Origin: Pseudonocardiaceae bacterium
GTDB taxonomy: Bacteria > Actinomycetota > Actinomycetes > Mycobacteriales > Pseudonocardiaceae
Direction: 5' to 3'
NCBI GenBank assembly: GCA_036268955.1
Contig: DATATE010000089.1
Coordinates: 1-64,000, forward strand
Length of the DNA: 64,000 nt
Positions 1-9,958 of the stretch are shown here, piece after piece. Position 1 is the stretch's first letter; each line of letters starts with the position of its first letter. Position numbers and translations under genes: made by a program. The notes below the pieces were generated by a model. The model was not told the DNA's origin. It ran no database searches and was given only the letters and a program-made list of their open reading frames with translations.

Positions 1-3
1 GGG

Positions 4-22
4 CCCCCCCCCCCCCCCCACT
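4..22. repeat. Homopolymeric C tract (about 18 C) at the window edge
   Basis: gggCCCCCCCCCCCCCCCCCCac is read directly at positions 4-22. It lies upstream of the first ORF. Confidence 0.9.
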
Positions 23-57
23 TCTCGTCGGCCGACCGCAAGGAATCGGGAACCACG

Positions 58-1350
58 GTGCAGCAACTGGACAACTCGCCCGAGGAAACGGGCGAACCGG
101 CGGAGGCTCGGCCAGCGGTAAGGCGGCCGGCGCGGACCGGACGCCGCTCGTTTCGCCGGCCGGCCGACTACGCCGTCGCGGTGTTCATCGTGGTCGCGGT
201 GCTCGTGGTCAGCTTCGTGCTCTGGGACCGCAGCGACATCCACAACACCACCCTGGTCACCGGCCCGGCCAATGTCGCGATTCCAGCAGGCCCGACGGTG
301 TTCCCGCCCTCGCTCGGCCAGGTGTGGGAGGCGCCGAGCACCGCGACCCCGGTACCGGTGGTCGCCGGCCCGACGATCGCGACCGCCGCGGACGGTTCGG
401 TGGTCGGCCGCGATCCGCTGACCGGCCAGCAGCGCTGGCGCTACACCCGCGATCTCGGCCTGTGCACGGTGTCGGAGACCTGGGGCAAGGTCATCGCGGT
501 CTATCACAAGTCGACCAACTGCAGTGAGGTCACCGAACTCGACGACACCACCGGGGCGCGCGGCGCGCAGCGCAACGGCGACGCGCAGCTGGGCACCCAG
601 CTGGTCTCCGACGGGACCTACGTGACCACCAGCGGATCGACGCTGATGGACACCTGGCGCTACGACATGGTGCAGACCATCGAGTACGGCACGGTGCCGG
701 ACTTCGTCAACCCGAACGTGCAGCCCAGAGCCGGCTGCACCTACGGATCGGTCGCGGTCGCCTTCGGCCTGATCGGGGTCATCGAGCGCTGCCCGAAGGA
801 CCCGAGCGACCGGCTGACCGTCTACCGGGCCACCGCGGCCAGCTCCGACACGCCGTCGGTGGTGATGACCAACGTGATCGGCGGACACGCCAGCAGGCTG
901 ATCGCGATGACCTCGCAGTACGCGGCGGTCGTACAGGCCGATCCGACCCGGCTGTCGGTGTACAACGACCAGAGCGGCAACCTGGTCGCCAGCTACCCGC
1001 TGAACCTGCCGGCCAGTGACCTCGCCGGCAATCCGAGCGGGCTGGTCGTACCGAGCTGGAGCGACGCCGACGGCGTCTACTGGTACACCGGTTCCTCGAC
1101 GATCGCGCTGTCCAGCACCGACTTTCATCCACTGTGGACCGTCAACGGCACGCTCGGTGCCGGCACCTCGTTCGCCGGCCGCTACCTGGTGCCGGTCCCG
1201 AACGCGATCAAGGTGCTCGACGTGGCCAGCGGCGCGGTGATCGGCACCATCGGCGTCAACCGAAACGGTTATCGGGGACCGGTAGCGATGGCGACACTCG
1301 GACCGATGGTCTTTGAACAGCGCGGTTCCGTGCTCGCCGCCCTACGCTGA
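58..1350 (+). CDS. Membrane-anchored protein with a PQQ/BamB-like beta-propeller repeat ectodomain (hypothetical)
   Basis: 430-aa ORF with a GTG start. One N-terminal TM helix (YAVAVFIVVAVLVVSFVLW) is followed by a large extracytoplasmic domain with repeated D-G-S/T-V and W-R-Y segments typical of PQQ-like propellers. The family assignment is tentative. Confidence 0.5.
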   Translation: MQQLDNSPEETGEPAEARPAVRRPARTGRRSFRRPADYAVAVFIVVAVLVVSFVLWDRSDIHNTTLVTGPANVAIPAGPTVFPPSLGQVWEAPSTATPVPVVAGPTIATAADGSVVGRDPLTGQQRWRYTRDLGLCTVSETWGKVIAVYHKSTNCSEVTELDDTTGARGAQRNGDAQLGTQLVSDGTYVTTSGSTLMDTWRYDMVQTIEYGTVPDFVNPNVQPRAGCTYGSVAVAFGLIGVIERCPKDPSDRLTVYRATAASSDTPSVVMTNVIGGHASRLIAMTSQYAAVVQADPTRLSVYNDQSGNLVASYPLNLPASDLAGNPSGLVVPSWSDADGVYWYTGSSTIALSSTDFHPLWTVNGTLGAGTSFAGRYLVPVPNAIKVLDVASGAVIGTIGVNRNGYRGPVAMATLGPMVFEQRGSVLAALR

Positions 1351-1447
1351 ACGCCAGGACCCGACCAGATTCGGTCGACAGGGCCCGTATCGGGTGGCTT
1401 CGGACGGATGAACGGTCGGTGCTGCCGGCCAGCGAGGAGGTGAGGAG

Positions 1448-2329
1448 GTGCAGGCGCCTTCCCAACTGTCGCCGTGCGGCGGTGCGCGCGTCGACCTGCC
1501 CGGCAGATACGGGTCGATCGCGGCACTGCGGGCCACCGCAGGCTCGCCGGAACTTGCCGCGACCGTGTTGCTGCTACCGGGTTTCACCGGGTCCAAAGAG
1601 GACTTCGCGCCGCTGTTGGACCCCATCGCGACCGCCGGCCTCGGTGCGATCGCGATCGACCTGCCCGGCCAGTACGAGTCGCCGGGACCGGACGACGAGT
1701 CCGCGTACCTGCCCGACGCGCTCGGTCAGCCGATCGCCGAACTGATCGAGTGGCTGACCTCGGCCGGCGAGCGAATCCTGCTGCTCGGCCATTCCTACGG
1801 CGGCCTTGTCGCCCGAGGCGCGGTGCTGGCCGGCGCCCCGGTCCTCGGGTTGACCCTGCTCGACTCCGGCCCCGGTGAGCTGCCGCCCGGACATCGGCGG
1901 GCCGCGCTGGACCATGGCGAGCCGGTACTGCGCGCCAACGGAATCGCCGCGGCCCAGCAGATGCGGGAGCAGTTGGACTCGGCGGCACCGGGCTGGGCGG
2001 ACAGCTCCGCCGAACTCAGGGAGTTCCTCCACACCCGGTTCCTGCGCTCCTCGGTGATCGGCCTGCTCGGCATGGCCGACGGACTGCGCCACGAACCGGA
2101 CCGGGTGACCAAGCTCGCGCACGCGCTGCGCGCCGGACCTGCCCCCTGCCTCGTGGTCTGCGGGGAAGCCGACGACGCCTGGTCGGTCGCCTCCCAGCGG
2201 GACATGGCCGACCGGCTGGACGCCGACTTCGCGGTCATCCCCGGCGCGCGGCACTCCCCGAACGTGGAGAACCCGACCGGCCTGCTGGCCACCCTGCTGC
2301 CGACCTGGCGCGCCTGGCTACAGACCTGA
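1448..2329 (+). CDS. Alpha/beta-fold hydrolase
   Basis: GHSYGG nucleophile-elbow motif (GxSxG). The 293-aa length is typical. A GAGGAG Shine-Dalgarno lies immediately upstream of the GTG start. Confidence 0.7.
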   Translation: MQAPSQLSPCGGARVDLPGRYGSIAALRATAGSPELAATVLLLPGFTGSKEDFAPLLDPIATAGLGAIAIDLPGQYESPGPDDESAYLPDALGQPIAELIEWLTSAGERILLLGHSYGGLVARGAVLAGAPVLGLTLLDSGPGELPPGHRRAALDHGEPVLRANGIAAAQQMREQLDSAAPGWADSSAELREFLHTRFLRSSVIGLLGMADGLRHEPDRVTKLAHALRAGPAPCLVVCGEADDAWSVASQRDMADRLDADFAVIPGARHSPNVENPTGLLATLLPTWRAWLQT

Positions 2330-2388
2330 CCTCCTCCATCGCGCCGGTTCGCCGCCACGCCTGTTCACCGGTCCGTCGCCGGGCCGGT

Positions 2389-3033
2389 TCACACCGACCA
2401 GAACAGCCACAGCCAGGCCCACCAGAACACGCCGAAGGACGCCAGCGTCGCCACCAGGACGCCGAACGCGGCCCAACCCCGGCGGGCGCCGGTGCGGTGA
2501 TCCACCACTCGCTGCAGCAGCACCACGAGCACCGCGATGACGGTCTGCCCGGCGACGTCGACCAGACCGGGGCCGGGTTCGCCGTGGTTGCTGCTGAGCA
2601 CCTGCGCGAGGATCGCGATCAGCGCGATGAGCACCGTCGCCGCGGTCAGCGCCCCGGTGCAACCGGCCAGTAGCGACCGGCGCCTCGGCGCCCGAACCGC
2701 CTCGGCAGCGGCGGCGTCCTCGGCGGCCTGCTCGGCGGCGAGCGCCGCGGCGGCCCGTTCCTCCTTGGCGCGCTGGGCGGCTGCCTGGGCCGCCTCGAAC
2801 TCCTCGTCGGTCATCACCGGCAGTTCGGTGGTGTGCGCGTCCATCGGGTCGGGTTCGGGCGACCGCGCCGGATTGACCGCCGCGCGGCGCACCGGGATCG
2901 CGGCGGGTCGCGCCGGTCCCGACCCGACCGGCGGCCGGTTGCCCGGTAGCCGACCTTGGTCGGGATCGGTGGCCCCGGCCTGGTTGCCGGGCGAGGCCGG
3001 CGACGACCACCGGGTCACTCGGTCATCGGTCAT
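2389..3033 (-). CDS. Hypothetical membrane protein (Ala/Glu-rich coiled segment plus C-terminal TM helices)
   Basis: The ORF has a MTDEEFEAAQAAAQRAKEERAAAALAAEQAAEDAAAAE low-complexity helix. Two C-terminal hydrophobic helices end in WWAWLWLFW. The start is placed at internal MTDD, which overlaps the stop of the upstream nuclease gene by 4 nt. Confidence 0.4.
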   Translation of the reverse strand: MTDDRVTRWSSPASPGNQAGATDPDQGRLPGNRPPVGSGPARPAAIPVRRAAVNPARSPEPDPMDAHTTELPVMTDEEFEAAQAAAQRAKEERAAAALAAEQAAEDAAAAEAVRAPRRRSLLAGCTGALTAATVLIALIAILAQVLSSNHGEPGPGLVDVAGQTVIAVLVVLLQRVVDHRTGARRGWAAFGVLVATLASFGVFWWAWLWLFWSV

Positions 3034-3836
3034 GGCGCCAAAGCTGCCCAGGACCGCAGTTCCGGAGCGGCCTGCTGACCTTCCGGGCAGTGCCGGCGGA
3101 AATCGCACCAGGAGCACTGCCGCCCGGTGTTCGGCGGAAAAATTTCATCAGCGCCGCCCCCTGCGGCGAAAGTCTCTCGGGCCACGTCCAGTTCCTCCGC
3201 GGTCTGTTCCGCGCGGTCGACCTGCCGACGCAGGGACTCGTCGGTATGAGTCCAGGCAAGCACAGATCCGGTTGGCAGGTGGTGCAGTTCCACCCGATGA
3301 CACGGACGGCGTAACGTCCGCCGGGCCGCGACCGCGTACAGTGCCAGCGCCTGGGAACCGCGCGCGTCGTCGACGGTCAGCGCGTGCCGGCCGGTCTTGT
3401 AGTCGACGATCACCAGCTCACCGTCGCGAACGTCGATCCGGTCGACCCGGCCCTCGGCGACGATCCCGCCCACCGGCGCGGAAACCCAGCGCTCGACGCC
3501 GATGGGTTCGAGGTCGGTGTCCAGCTCGGCGACGTAGTCGCTCACCCAGTCCTTGGCCCGCTGCCGGTAGCGCGCGGACTGGTCGAGGTCGGCGAAACCC
3601 TCGCTGCGCCAGTTCGCCACCACCAGGTTCGCCGCCGAGGTCGGCGTGCGTTTGCCGGCGGGCAGGTCGAAGTAGGCGCGCAGCGCGTTGTGCACCGTCG
3701 CGCCGAGCGTGCTGTGCGCCCACGGCCCACCGCGCTGCGGCGTCGGCCGGTCGAGGTAGGTCATCCGATACCGGCGCGGACAGTCGTTCCAGGTAGCCAG
3801 CCTCGCCGGCGTCACCTTCACCAGTTTCCGCGGCAT
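3030..3836 (-). CDS. PD-(D/E)XK nuclease superfamily protein (RecB/Cas4-like with a C-terminal Cys cluster)
   Basis: It contains the motifs GRVDRIDVRDGELVIVDYKTGR (the D..D/E.K nuclease core) and a C-terminal CSWCDFRRHC cysteine cluster typical of Cas4/RecB-family nucleases. The ATG is chosen at MPRKL. Confidence 0.6.
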   Translation of the reverse strand: MPRKLVKVTPARLATWNDCPRRYRMTYLDRPTPQRGGPWAHSTLGATVHNALRAYFDLPAGKRTPTSAANLVVANWRSEGFADLDQSARYRQRAKDWVSDYVAELDTDLEPIGVERWVSAPVGGIVAEGRVDRIDVRDGELVIVDYKTGRHALTVDDARGSQALALYAVAARRTLRRPCHRVELHHLPTGSVLAWTHTDESLRRQVDRAEQTAEELDVARETFAAGGGADEIFPPNTGRQCSWCDFRRHCPEGQQAAPELRSWAALAP

Positions 3837-3936
3837 GCTGTCAAAACCGAGCTGCCCCTGCACGTGTCCCACCGTAGCCAGTGGCACCGTCAGTTCCCGA
3901 GCGAGCCCTCCCCGAGGAGCGGGCGGCAACGGGCGG

Positions 3937-4560
3937 TCAGGAGGCGCCGCTGATGAAACCCTTGACGGCGTTGGCGATGAGCTGCACGGCGATCGCGGCC
4001 AGCAGCAGACCGGCGATCTTGGCCATCAGCAGGATGCCGCTCTCCTTGATCAGCTTGATCACCACACCGGAGTAGCGCAGGCAGACGAACAGGATCAGGT
4101 GCACGACCAGGATCGCCAACGCGAGCGCGACATATGAGCCGAGGTGACCGTCGGCCTGCCGGACGTAGACGATGGTCGCGGCGATCGCGCCGGGGCCGGC
4201 CAGCAGCGGGGTACCCAGCGGCACCAGGGCGATGTTCACGTCCTCGACGGCCTCGGGTTCGGTACTGCCGCGCCCGGTGAGCAGGTCGAGGGCGATCAGC
4301 AGCAACAGCAGCCCGCCCGCGCCCTGCAAAGCCGGGATGCCGATGCCGAGGTAGGACAGGATCGCCTCGCCGGCAACGGCGAACAGGGTGATCACGCCGA
4401 GGGAGACGAGCACGCCCTGACGCGCCGCTTTCGCGCGGGCGGCCTGCGACTTGCGCCCGACGAGGCTCAGGAACACCGGAATCGTGCCGGGCGGGTCCAT
4501 GATCACGACCAGGGTGATGGTCGCCGCGATGAACAGCTCGACATTGAAGAAACCGCTCAC
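3937..4560 (-). CDS. MarC family (UPF0056) integral membrane protein
   Basis: 207-aa multi-TM protein with the MarC-typical N-terminus (IAATITLVVIMDPPGTIPVFLSL) and a Gly-rich central motif. Confidence 0.7.
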   Translation of the reverse strand: MSGFFNVELFIAATITLVVIMDPPGTIPVFLSLVGRKSQAARAKAARQGVLVSLGVITLFAVAGEAILSYLGIGIPALQGAGGLLLLLIALDLLTGRGSTEPEAVEDVNIALVPLGTPLLAGPGAIAATIVYVRQADGHLGSYVALALAILVVHLILFVCLRYSGVVIKLIKESGILLMAKIAGLLLAAIAVQLIANAVKGFISGAS

Positions 4561-4657
4561 CGTCCCACCTTCCCCATTCGTCCGGTCATCTCGGCTCGGC
4601 CGGCCGGGCCCGCCTCATCCGCCGATGCCCGAGTCAACCGATCATGCCGTCGGCAGG

Positions 4658-5518
4658 TCAACCCATCATGACCGGCACGCCGCTGGCGCGCTCGATCAGC
4701 GCGTCGAGCATGGCCGGGGTGGTGGTCTCCTGGCCGAGCTGGACGGTTTTGTTGCTGCCGTGGTAGTCGCTGGACCCGGTGACCAGCAGTTCCAGGTCGT
4801 CGGCCAGCCCGCGCAGCTCGGCGCGGGTGGCCGGATCGTGGTCGGGGTGGTCGATCTCGAGCCCGGCGAGACCGAGGTCGGCGAGGTCGCCGATCACCTC
4901 GGCGGTCACGATCGGGCCGCGCGATCTGGCGAACGGGTGCGCGAGCACGGTGACCCCACCCGCGTCGGCGATCATCTGGATCGCGCGTTCCACCGGGGTG
5001 TCGGTCTTCGGCACGTAGTAGGCGCCGCGTCCGGCCAGGTAGCGGTTGAACGCCTCGGTGACACTGCTCACCACCCCCGCCCGCACCAGGACCTGCGCCA
5101 GATGCGGGCGGCCCGCCGAGGAACCGGGCGGCAGGCTGGCCATCAGCTCGTCCGGGTCGACCGGCAGACCGTCGGCGGCCATCCGGGTGGCCATGGTGTA
5201 GAGCCTCCTGCGCCGTTCGTCACGTAGCCGCGCCTGCTCGTGGGCGACCGGGGGCGATTCGGGATCGTGCAGATAGGCCAGCAGGTGCACGGTGCAGTGC
5301 CCACCATGGCCATCCGGTGAGCTACAGGACAGCTCCGCGCCGCGGACCAAGGTCAGACCGCTCGGCAGAGCAGCCGCCGCCTCCGCCCAACCGGCGGCCG
5401 TGTCGTGATCGGTGAGTCCGATGACGTCGAGGCCGGCGGCTACCGCCGCGCTGAGCAGTTCGGCAGGCGAGTCGGTGCCGTCCGACGCCTTGGAATGGGT
5501 GTGGAGGTCAATGCGCAC
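4658..5518 (-). CDS. PHP-domain phosphoesterase (TrpH/YciV-like)
   Basis: The N-terminus MRIDLHTHSKASDGT is the histidinol-phosphatase/PHP signature. HxH and D metal ligands are present along the protein. Confidence 0.75.
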   Translation of the reverse strand: MRIDLHTHSKASDGTDSPAELLSAAVAAGLDVIGLTDHDTAAGWAEAAAALPSGLTLVRGAELSCSSPDGHGGHCTVHLLAYLHDPESPPVAHEQARLRDERRRRLYTMATRMAADGLPVDPDELMASLPPGSSAGRPHLAQVLVRAGVVSSVTEAFNRYLAGRGAYYVPKTDTPVERAIQMIADAGGVTVLAHPFARSRGPIVTAEVIGDLADLGLAGLEIDHPDHDPATRAELRGLADDLELLVTGSSDYHGSNKTVQLGQETTTPAMLDALIERASGVPVMMG

Positions 5519-5651
5519 AAGGTCCAGTGTGGCCTACCGCGTTCGGCGACCGAACCAGCCCAGTGCGCCGACCAGCCCAATCGCTCGCGCGGATGCGACC
5601 GGTTACCGGATGCGACCGGCCGGAGCATCGGACCGGACCCTCGCGGCCGGT

Positions 5652-6212
5652 CTAGGGAACGAGCTTCTTGCCGCGTGCGGCGCGCTGCGCCTTGATCATC
5701 GAGAACCGCTCGGACTGCGACTGCTTGTCGCCGAACACGAGTTCGGAGATGGCGTCGTAGACCTCTTCCGGCCGGGGCAGGAACTCGACGCGGTTGAGCG
5801 CCTGGATCTGCCCTGCCGACTCGACGATCAGCGTGCCGTAGCCCAGCATCCGGCCGAGTGAGGTGCGCTCGTAGGTGAGGTCGGTGACCTTGCCGATCGG
5901 CATCATCGCCACCTTGGTGACGAACACCCCGGTGGTCAGCATGAATCTCTTGTCGGTGACCACGATGCGCTCCACCCACCAGTCGACCGCGACGTAGGCG
6001 AAGCGCAGCACCACCAACAGCGCCGCGTACCAGAGAATGTTCTGCACCAACCAGAAACCGACCGGGAGCAGATAGGAGATCATCACCGCGACAACCAACA
6101 ACGCGATGGCCTCGAACACGTCCCAGGCGACGAAAGCCCAGTGTCGACGCACCCGAATGACCCGCCGCTCGGTCGGCAGCAGGTATTCGTCCGGATCACG
6201 CGGTGTGAACAT
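5652..6212 (-). CDS. Bacterial PH-domain (bPH_2, YdbT-like) membrane protein
   Basis: Two TM helices are followed by VVTDKRFMLTTGVFVTKVAMMPIGKVTDLTYERTSLGRMLGYGTLIVESAG, a typical bPH_2 domain. The start is placed at internal ATG (MFTPRD). The long upstream extension is low-complexity. Confidence 0.6.
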   Translation of the reverse strand: MFTPRDPDEYLLPTERRVIRVRRHWAFVAWDVFEAIALLVVAVMISYLLPVGFWLVQNILWYAALLVVLRFAYVAVDWWVERIVVTDKRFMLTTGVFVTKVAMMPIGKVTDLTYERTSLGRMLGYGTLIVESAGQIQALNRVEFLPRPEEVYDAISELVFGDKQSQSERFSMIKAQRAARGKKLVP

Positions 6213-6237
6213 GCTTACAGTGTCCCGCAGTCGGCTC

Positions 6238-6393
6238 AGACTAGCGAGCGGACAAACGTGACCAAAGCCTCGGCAGCGTTCTTCAACAGGTCGAGAATGT
6301 TGGTGACGAGACCGGAGGCCTGGGTGGGCGCACTGATCAAAAAGAACAGGGCCAGCGCAATGCCGCCCCAGACCAGGAGCTTCTTGAGGTTCA
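6238..6393 (-). CDS. Small (51 aa) single-TM membrane protein, below the size cutoff of the ORF track
   Basis: Translating the reverse strand by hand gives [52 protein letters not shown]. It has a GTG start, one clear TM helix, a codon third-position bias consistent with coding, and a G-rich stretch upstream. Confidence 0.35.
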
Positions 6394-6547
6394 CGACAAC
6401 AGACCCCGTCCGCTAGTGGTGACCAAGCCACAGCCGGCCAGCGGCTGTTCATCAACTTTGTACCGCACTCGGCGGCAGAACGGGAGATTTGTACCGTACT
6501 GGGGGAAGGCAAGCGTGTCGAGCGCGTTTTCGCTACGCTCGGTGATC

Positions 6548-7003
6548 ATGGCCGAGACGGTGGTGCGGTGCGTCGGCGCGTTGGTCCATGCGGCCGACGG
6601 CCGGTTGTTGCTGATCCGGCGGGCGAATCCGCCAGGGCGTTGGCGCTGGTCGCTGCCGGGCGGCCGGGTCGAGCCGGGCGAGACCGACGCACAGGCGGTG
6701 ATCCGGGAGGTCGCCGAGGAGACCGGGCTGCGGGTGGCCGCGGGTCGGCTCGTCGGCTCGGTTCGCCGTCCCGGCCCTGGTCGACGGCCTGCGAGCGGGG
6801 TGAGCACCGGTCCTGGTGTGATGTTCGACATCTACGACTACGAATGCGCGGTTCTCGGCGGCGCCCCGGCGGCCGGTAGCGACGCCTCGGGGCTGCGCTG
6901 GGTGGACGCGGCGGCGTTCGCCGCGCTGGACGGCTGCGGGGCCCTCGTCGATCTGCTGGCCGACACCCTGCGCGGCTGGCAGGCCCTCCCGGCGGCACGC
7001 TGA
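6548..7003 (+). CDS. NUDIX hydrolase
   Basis: Nudix box [24 protein letters not shown] (GX5EX7REUXEEXGU). The start is set at internal ATG (MAETVV), which gives about 150 aa. Confidence 0.75.
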   Translation: MAETVVRCVGALVHAADGRLLLIRRANPPGRWRWSLPGGRVEPGETDAQAVIREVAEETGLRVAAGRLVGSVRRPGPGRRPASGVSTGPGVMFDIYDYECAVLGGAPAAGSDASGLRWVDAAAFAALDGCGALVDLLADTLRGWQALPAAR

Positions 7004-7040
7004 GGGCCTCGCGGTGCGGGACCCGGCTTCTCGCTGAAGG

Positions 7041-7075
7041 GCACGCCGGTCGGCCCAACCTTTCCGGCGGGCCGA
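7041..7075. terminator. GC-rich hairpin between convergent genes (candidate bidirectional terminator)
   Basis: ccggtcggccc-aacctttccggc-gggccgaccgg is a perfect 11-nt inverted repeat. It lies between the NUDIX stop at 7003 and the DUF2332 stop at 7086. Confidence 0.4.
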
Positions 7076-7085
7076 CCGGCCCTCG

Positions 7086-8192
7086 TCAGCGGGCCAGCCA
7101 CTCCAGGGACTGGCCGTGCATCCCGGTCCTGGCCAACGCCCTCGCCTGCGGCTTGCCGTCGGTCCAGCGGACAAGGCCCAGCGTCGCGGTACCCGCCTCG
7201 GCCAACGCGAGGTCGGTCCGGCCCGGCAGCAGGGCGTGCAGGCAGGTCTCGTAGACCTCCTGGCTCAGCCACCACAGCGGCCTGCTGGCCGCGAGTTCGG
7301 CCAGTGCGGCGATGAACGCACCGCGCCGGCCTGCGTCGAGGTAGGGCAGGGCGTGCGAGGTGAGCACCACCAGCGGCAGCTCGGTCGGAATCCGGGCCGC
7401 AGCGGCGGCGAGGTCCTCGACGGCGTCCCCGGTGATCAGCTCGGGCGGGTCGGCGGCCTGCACGCGGGCCGCGGTGTTCAGCAGCCGGATGCGGTCCACC
7501 TGGTCGGCCCAGATGCAGGCCTCCAACCAGGCGAGCTGCTCCTCGTCGCCGAGGTCGACCGGCCGAGGGTCGAGGCCGAGCTTGGCGCCGATGGCGAGCT
7601 TGCGCGGCAGCGCCGGCTTCTTGGCACCCTCGGCGATGCCGAGCTGGCTGGTCAGCACGAGGGCGGCCTTCGCGGGGCCGGTGCTGACCTGCTCGCCGCC
7701 GGCCAGTTGGTAGCGGTAGCCGTAGCGGTCCACGCCCAGCAGCAGCCCGGCGCTGGTACCGACCTCCAACAGGCCGAGCGGACCGCCTGCCTGCTTGCCG
7801 ATCGCGACAAGGGCCGGGTACAGCAGGGCCGCCCTGCGCACCTCGTTGGTCTGGGTGGCCCTGGTGGCGATCAGCTCGCGCAGCCGCTCGGCGCGGTCGA
7901 GGACGAAGGCCCGGAAGGTCGGCCAGGTGCCGTCGTCGACGCCGCGGTCGCCGCCGACCGACGGGTAGTAGTACGCCAGCTCGGAGGTGGGTTCGGCGAT
8001 CACAAGGCGGTGCGTCGCGGCGAAGAACAGCGTCGCGCGGGCCTGCTCCGGTGCCGCCGCCGTCAACAGCGCGGCGACCTCGTCGTCGGCGCCCGCGGCT
8101 TGCGCGAGGTGCTCATACAGCGGTGACTCGCCGGCCGCCTCCTGCTTGGCGAAGGTCAGCAGCCGTTCACGCGCGAGGTCGACCCCGGTCAT
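7086..8192 (-). CDS. DUF2332-family protein (hypothetical)
   Basis: About 370-aa soluble protein starting at MTGVDLARERLLTFAKQEAAGESPLYEHLA. The long upstream extension of the ORF is Arg/Ser/Thr low-complexity and likely non-coding. Confidence 0.5.
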   Translation of the reverse strand: MTGVDLARERLLTFAKQEAAGESPLYEHLAQAAGADDEVAALLTAAAPEQARATLFFAATHRLVIAEPTSELAYYYPSVGGDRGVDDGTWPTFRAFVLDRAERLRELIATRATQTNEVRRAALLYPALVAIGKQAGGPLGLLEVGTSAGLLLGVDRYGYRYQLAGGEQVSTGPAKAALVLTSQLGIAEGAKKPALPRKLAIGAKLGLDPRPVDLGDEEQLAWLEACIWADQVDRIRLLNTAARVQAADPPELITGDAVEDLAAAAARIPTELPLVVLTSHALPYLDAGRRGAFIAALAELAASRPLWWLSQEVYETCLHALLPGRTDLALAEAGTATLGLVRWTDGKPQARALARTGMHGQSLEWLAR

Positions 8193-8235
8193 CCGAGGCC
8201 ACCCGCCGAGATGCCCGACAGGGAGTGCATCGCGG

Positions 8236-8739
8236 TCACTCCTTGGGCTCGGGACGGCCGGGCTGCTCGCCGCCGCGCGTCTGCCCGTAGGAGCGTTTGG
8301 GCACCATGACCTTGCGCCGGAACACGCACACCACGGTGCCGTCCTGCTTGTAGCCCTTGGTTTCCACGTAGACGACACCGCGGTCGTCCTTGGACTTCGA
8401 CGGGGTCTTGTCCAGTACCACGGTCTCGCCGTAGATCGTGTCGCCGTGGAAGGTCGGCTTGATGTGCCGCAGCGACTCGACCTCCAGGTTGGCGATGGCC
8501 TTGCCGGAGACATCGGCGACGGACATGCCCAGCAGCAACGAGTAGATGTAGTTGCCGACCACCACGTTCTTGCCGAAGTCGGTGGTCTCCTCCGCGTAAT
8601 GCGCGTCGAGGTGCAGCGGATGGTGGTTCATGGTGATCAGGCAGAACAGGTGGTCGTCGTACTCGGTGACCGTCTTGCCGGGCCAATGCTTGTAGACCGC
8701 CCCAACCTCGAACTCTTCGTAGTACCGACCGAACTGCAC
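8236..8739 (-). CDS. MaoC-like (R)-specific enoyl-CoA hydratase/dehydratase
   Basis: Hot-dog fold signatures YEEFEVGAVYKHWPGKTVTEYDDHLFCLITMNHHPLHLD. A GTG start follows a perfect AGGAGG Shine-Dalgarno 6 nt upstream. Confidence 0.75.
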   Translation of the reverse strand: MQFGRYYEEFEVGAVYKHWPGKTVTEYDDHLFCLITMNHHPLHLDAHYAEETTDFGKNVVVGNYIYSLLLGMSVADVSGKAIANLEVESLRHIKPTFHGDTIYGETVVLDKTPSKSKDDRGVVYVETKGYKQDGTVVCVFRRKVMVPKRSYGQTRGGEQPGRPEPKE

Positions 8740-8926
8740 GTTGCCTCCTGATCCGACCACCTGTGCCGACCGCTCCGGAACGTCCCGCGGCGAGTCGGTG
8801 AGACACAGTGTGGCCTGATCGGCCGTAAACTGTGCAACCGTTGTGTGAGTCAGTACACGGTCGGCAGGCGGCAGAACACCGATACGCCCAAGATCACCGC
8901 GCGGTAGCGCCGAATGCGGCGGTTGC

Positions 8927-9958
8927 TCATTCGCCTGCCGAACCCTCCAGTGGGCGAACACGGTTGAGCATCCGGTCGGCGTAGTTGTCCAGCAGCCGGG
9001 TGCCGACCTGTTGGGAGTAGCCGAGCAGCACAGCCCAGAACAGGATCGCGTCCTGGCCGCGCAACCAGACGAGACCCTCGGCGAGGCCCGCGCCGAGGGC
9101 CAGTACGCCGACGACGGCAAGCAGCGCGCCGAGCAGCACCTTGATCAACGCCTGGTAGCCGGCGAGCACGTAGGGCGAGAGACTTGGCCTGCGCCGCACC
9201 AACAACACGACCGCGGCGATGCCCGCGCCGACCGCGCCCATCAACGCCACCAGCCACACCTGCCCGACCCCAGGAGCCGACCCGCCGCCCGCACACACCA
9301 GCGGGCCGGTGGGATTCTCGGTGCCGGGGACGCACATCGGCAGCAGCGCGGGCCAACACGAGCTGACGATGCCCAGCAGCACGTTGAACGCCGCGAGACT
9401 CATCGCGGCGACGAACAGCTTGTTGCGCAGGGCTCGCGCGGCGGCGTGCGCCTCGTCGGAGGCGTCGAAGGCGGCCCGTACCGCGTCGGTGACCACGATC
9501 CGGTCGGCCGCGCTCGGCGGCTCCTCGGGACGCAACCGGGCCAGCGCGATCCGGCGCAGGTCGGTGTCGGGCAGGCAGGGGTTGATCCGCTCGCACAGTG
9601 CCGGCAGCCGGGCACCCAGCCGAGGATCTGCCGCGATGAGGTACACCTCGGCCTCGTGCAGGGCCCGCCAGGCGCGTTCGATCCGCCAGCCCGTCCACCA
9701 CACCGACGGCGCCTGCCACCACCGCGCCCTGGCGCGCAGCACCGCGTCGACGATGGCCAGCGACTCCAGCGCGGCGACCTTGGCGACCTCGATCCCAGTG
9801 GTGCCGGAGCCGGTGTCCAACATGGCCAGATCGGTCCGTGCCCGACGCGCGCGAGATTCGACGATCAGCCGCCAGTCGGTGACATCGGCAGCGGCTTCCC
9901 AACCGATCGCCCTGGATTCGACCATCACGATCACCCCGCACCGGTCACCGCATACCAC
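8927..9958 (-). CDS. Hypothetical polytopic membrane protein
   Basis: The C-terminal half has several hydrophobic helices (LVALMGAVGAGIAAVVLLV, LLGALLAVVGVLALGAGLA). An overlapping alternative frame (8850..9941) is less protein-like. Confidence 0.4.
   Translation of the reverse strand: MVCGDRCGVIVMVESRAIGWEAAADVTDWRLIVESRARRARTDLAMLDTGSGTTGIEVAKVAALESLAIVDAVLRARARWWQAPSVWWTGWRIERAWRALHEAEVYLIAADPRLGARLPALCERINPCLPDTDLRRIALARLRPEEPPSAADRIVVTDAVRAAFDASDEAHAAARALRNKLFVAAMSLAAFNVLLGIVSSCWPALLPMCVPGTENPTGPLVCAGGGSAPGVGQVWLVALMGAVGAGIAAVVLLVRRRPSLSPYVLAGYQALIKVLLGALLAVVGVLALGAGLAEGLVWLRGQDAILFWAVLLGYSQQVGTRLLDNYADRMLNRVRPLEGSAGE

Noticed and set aside
2537-3796. Long antisense or alternative-frame ORFs (e.g. 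2537..3796, 10631..12172, 23725..25029, 30204..31745, 37636..39138, 57022..58194, 57459..58448)
   Set aside because: All overlap well-supported genes on the other strand or in another frame. Their translations are Arg/Ala/Gly/Pro-rich without motifs. They are expected artefacts of about 70% GC, which has few stop codons.
8850-9941. Alternative 363-aa frame overlapping the 8927..9958 membrane-protein ORF
   Set aside because: It is extremely Arg/Gly-rich (RGRRAG...) without TM helices or motifs. The other frame at least shows coherent hydrophobic helices. Neither is called with high confidence.
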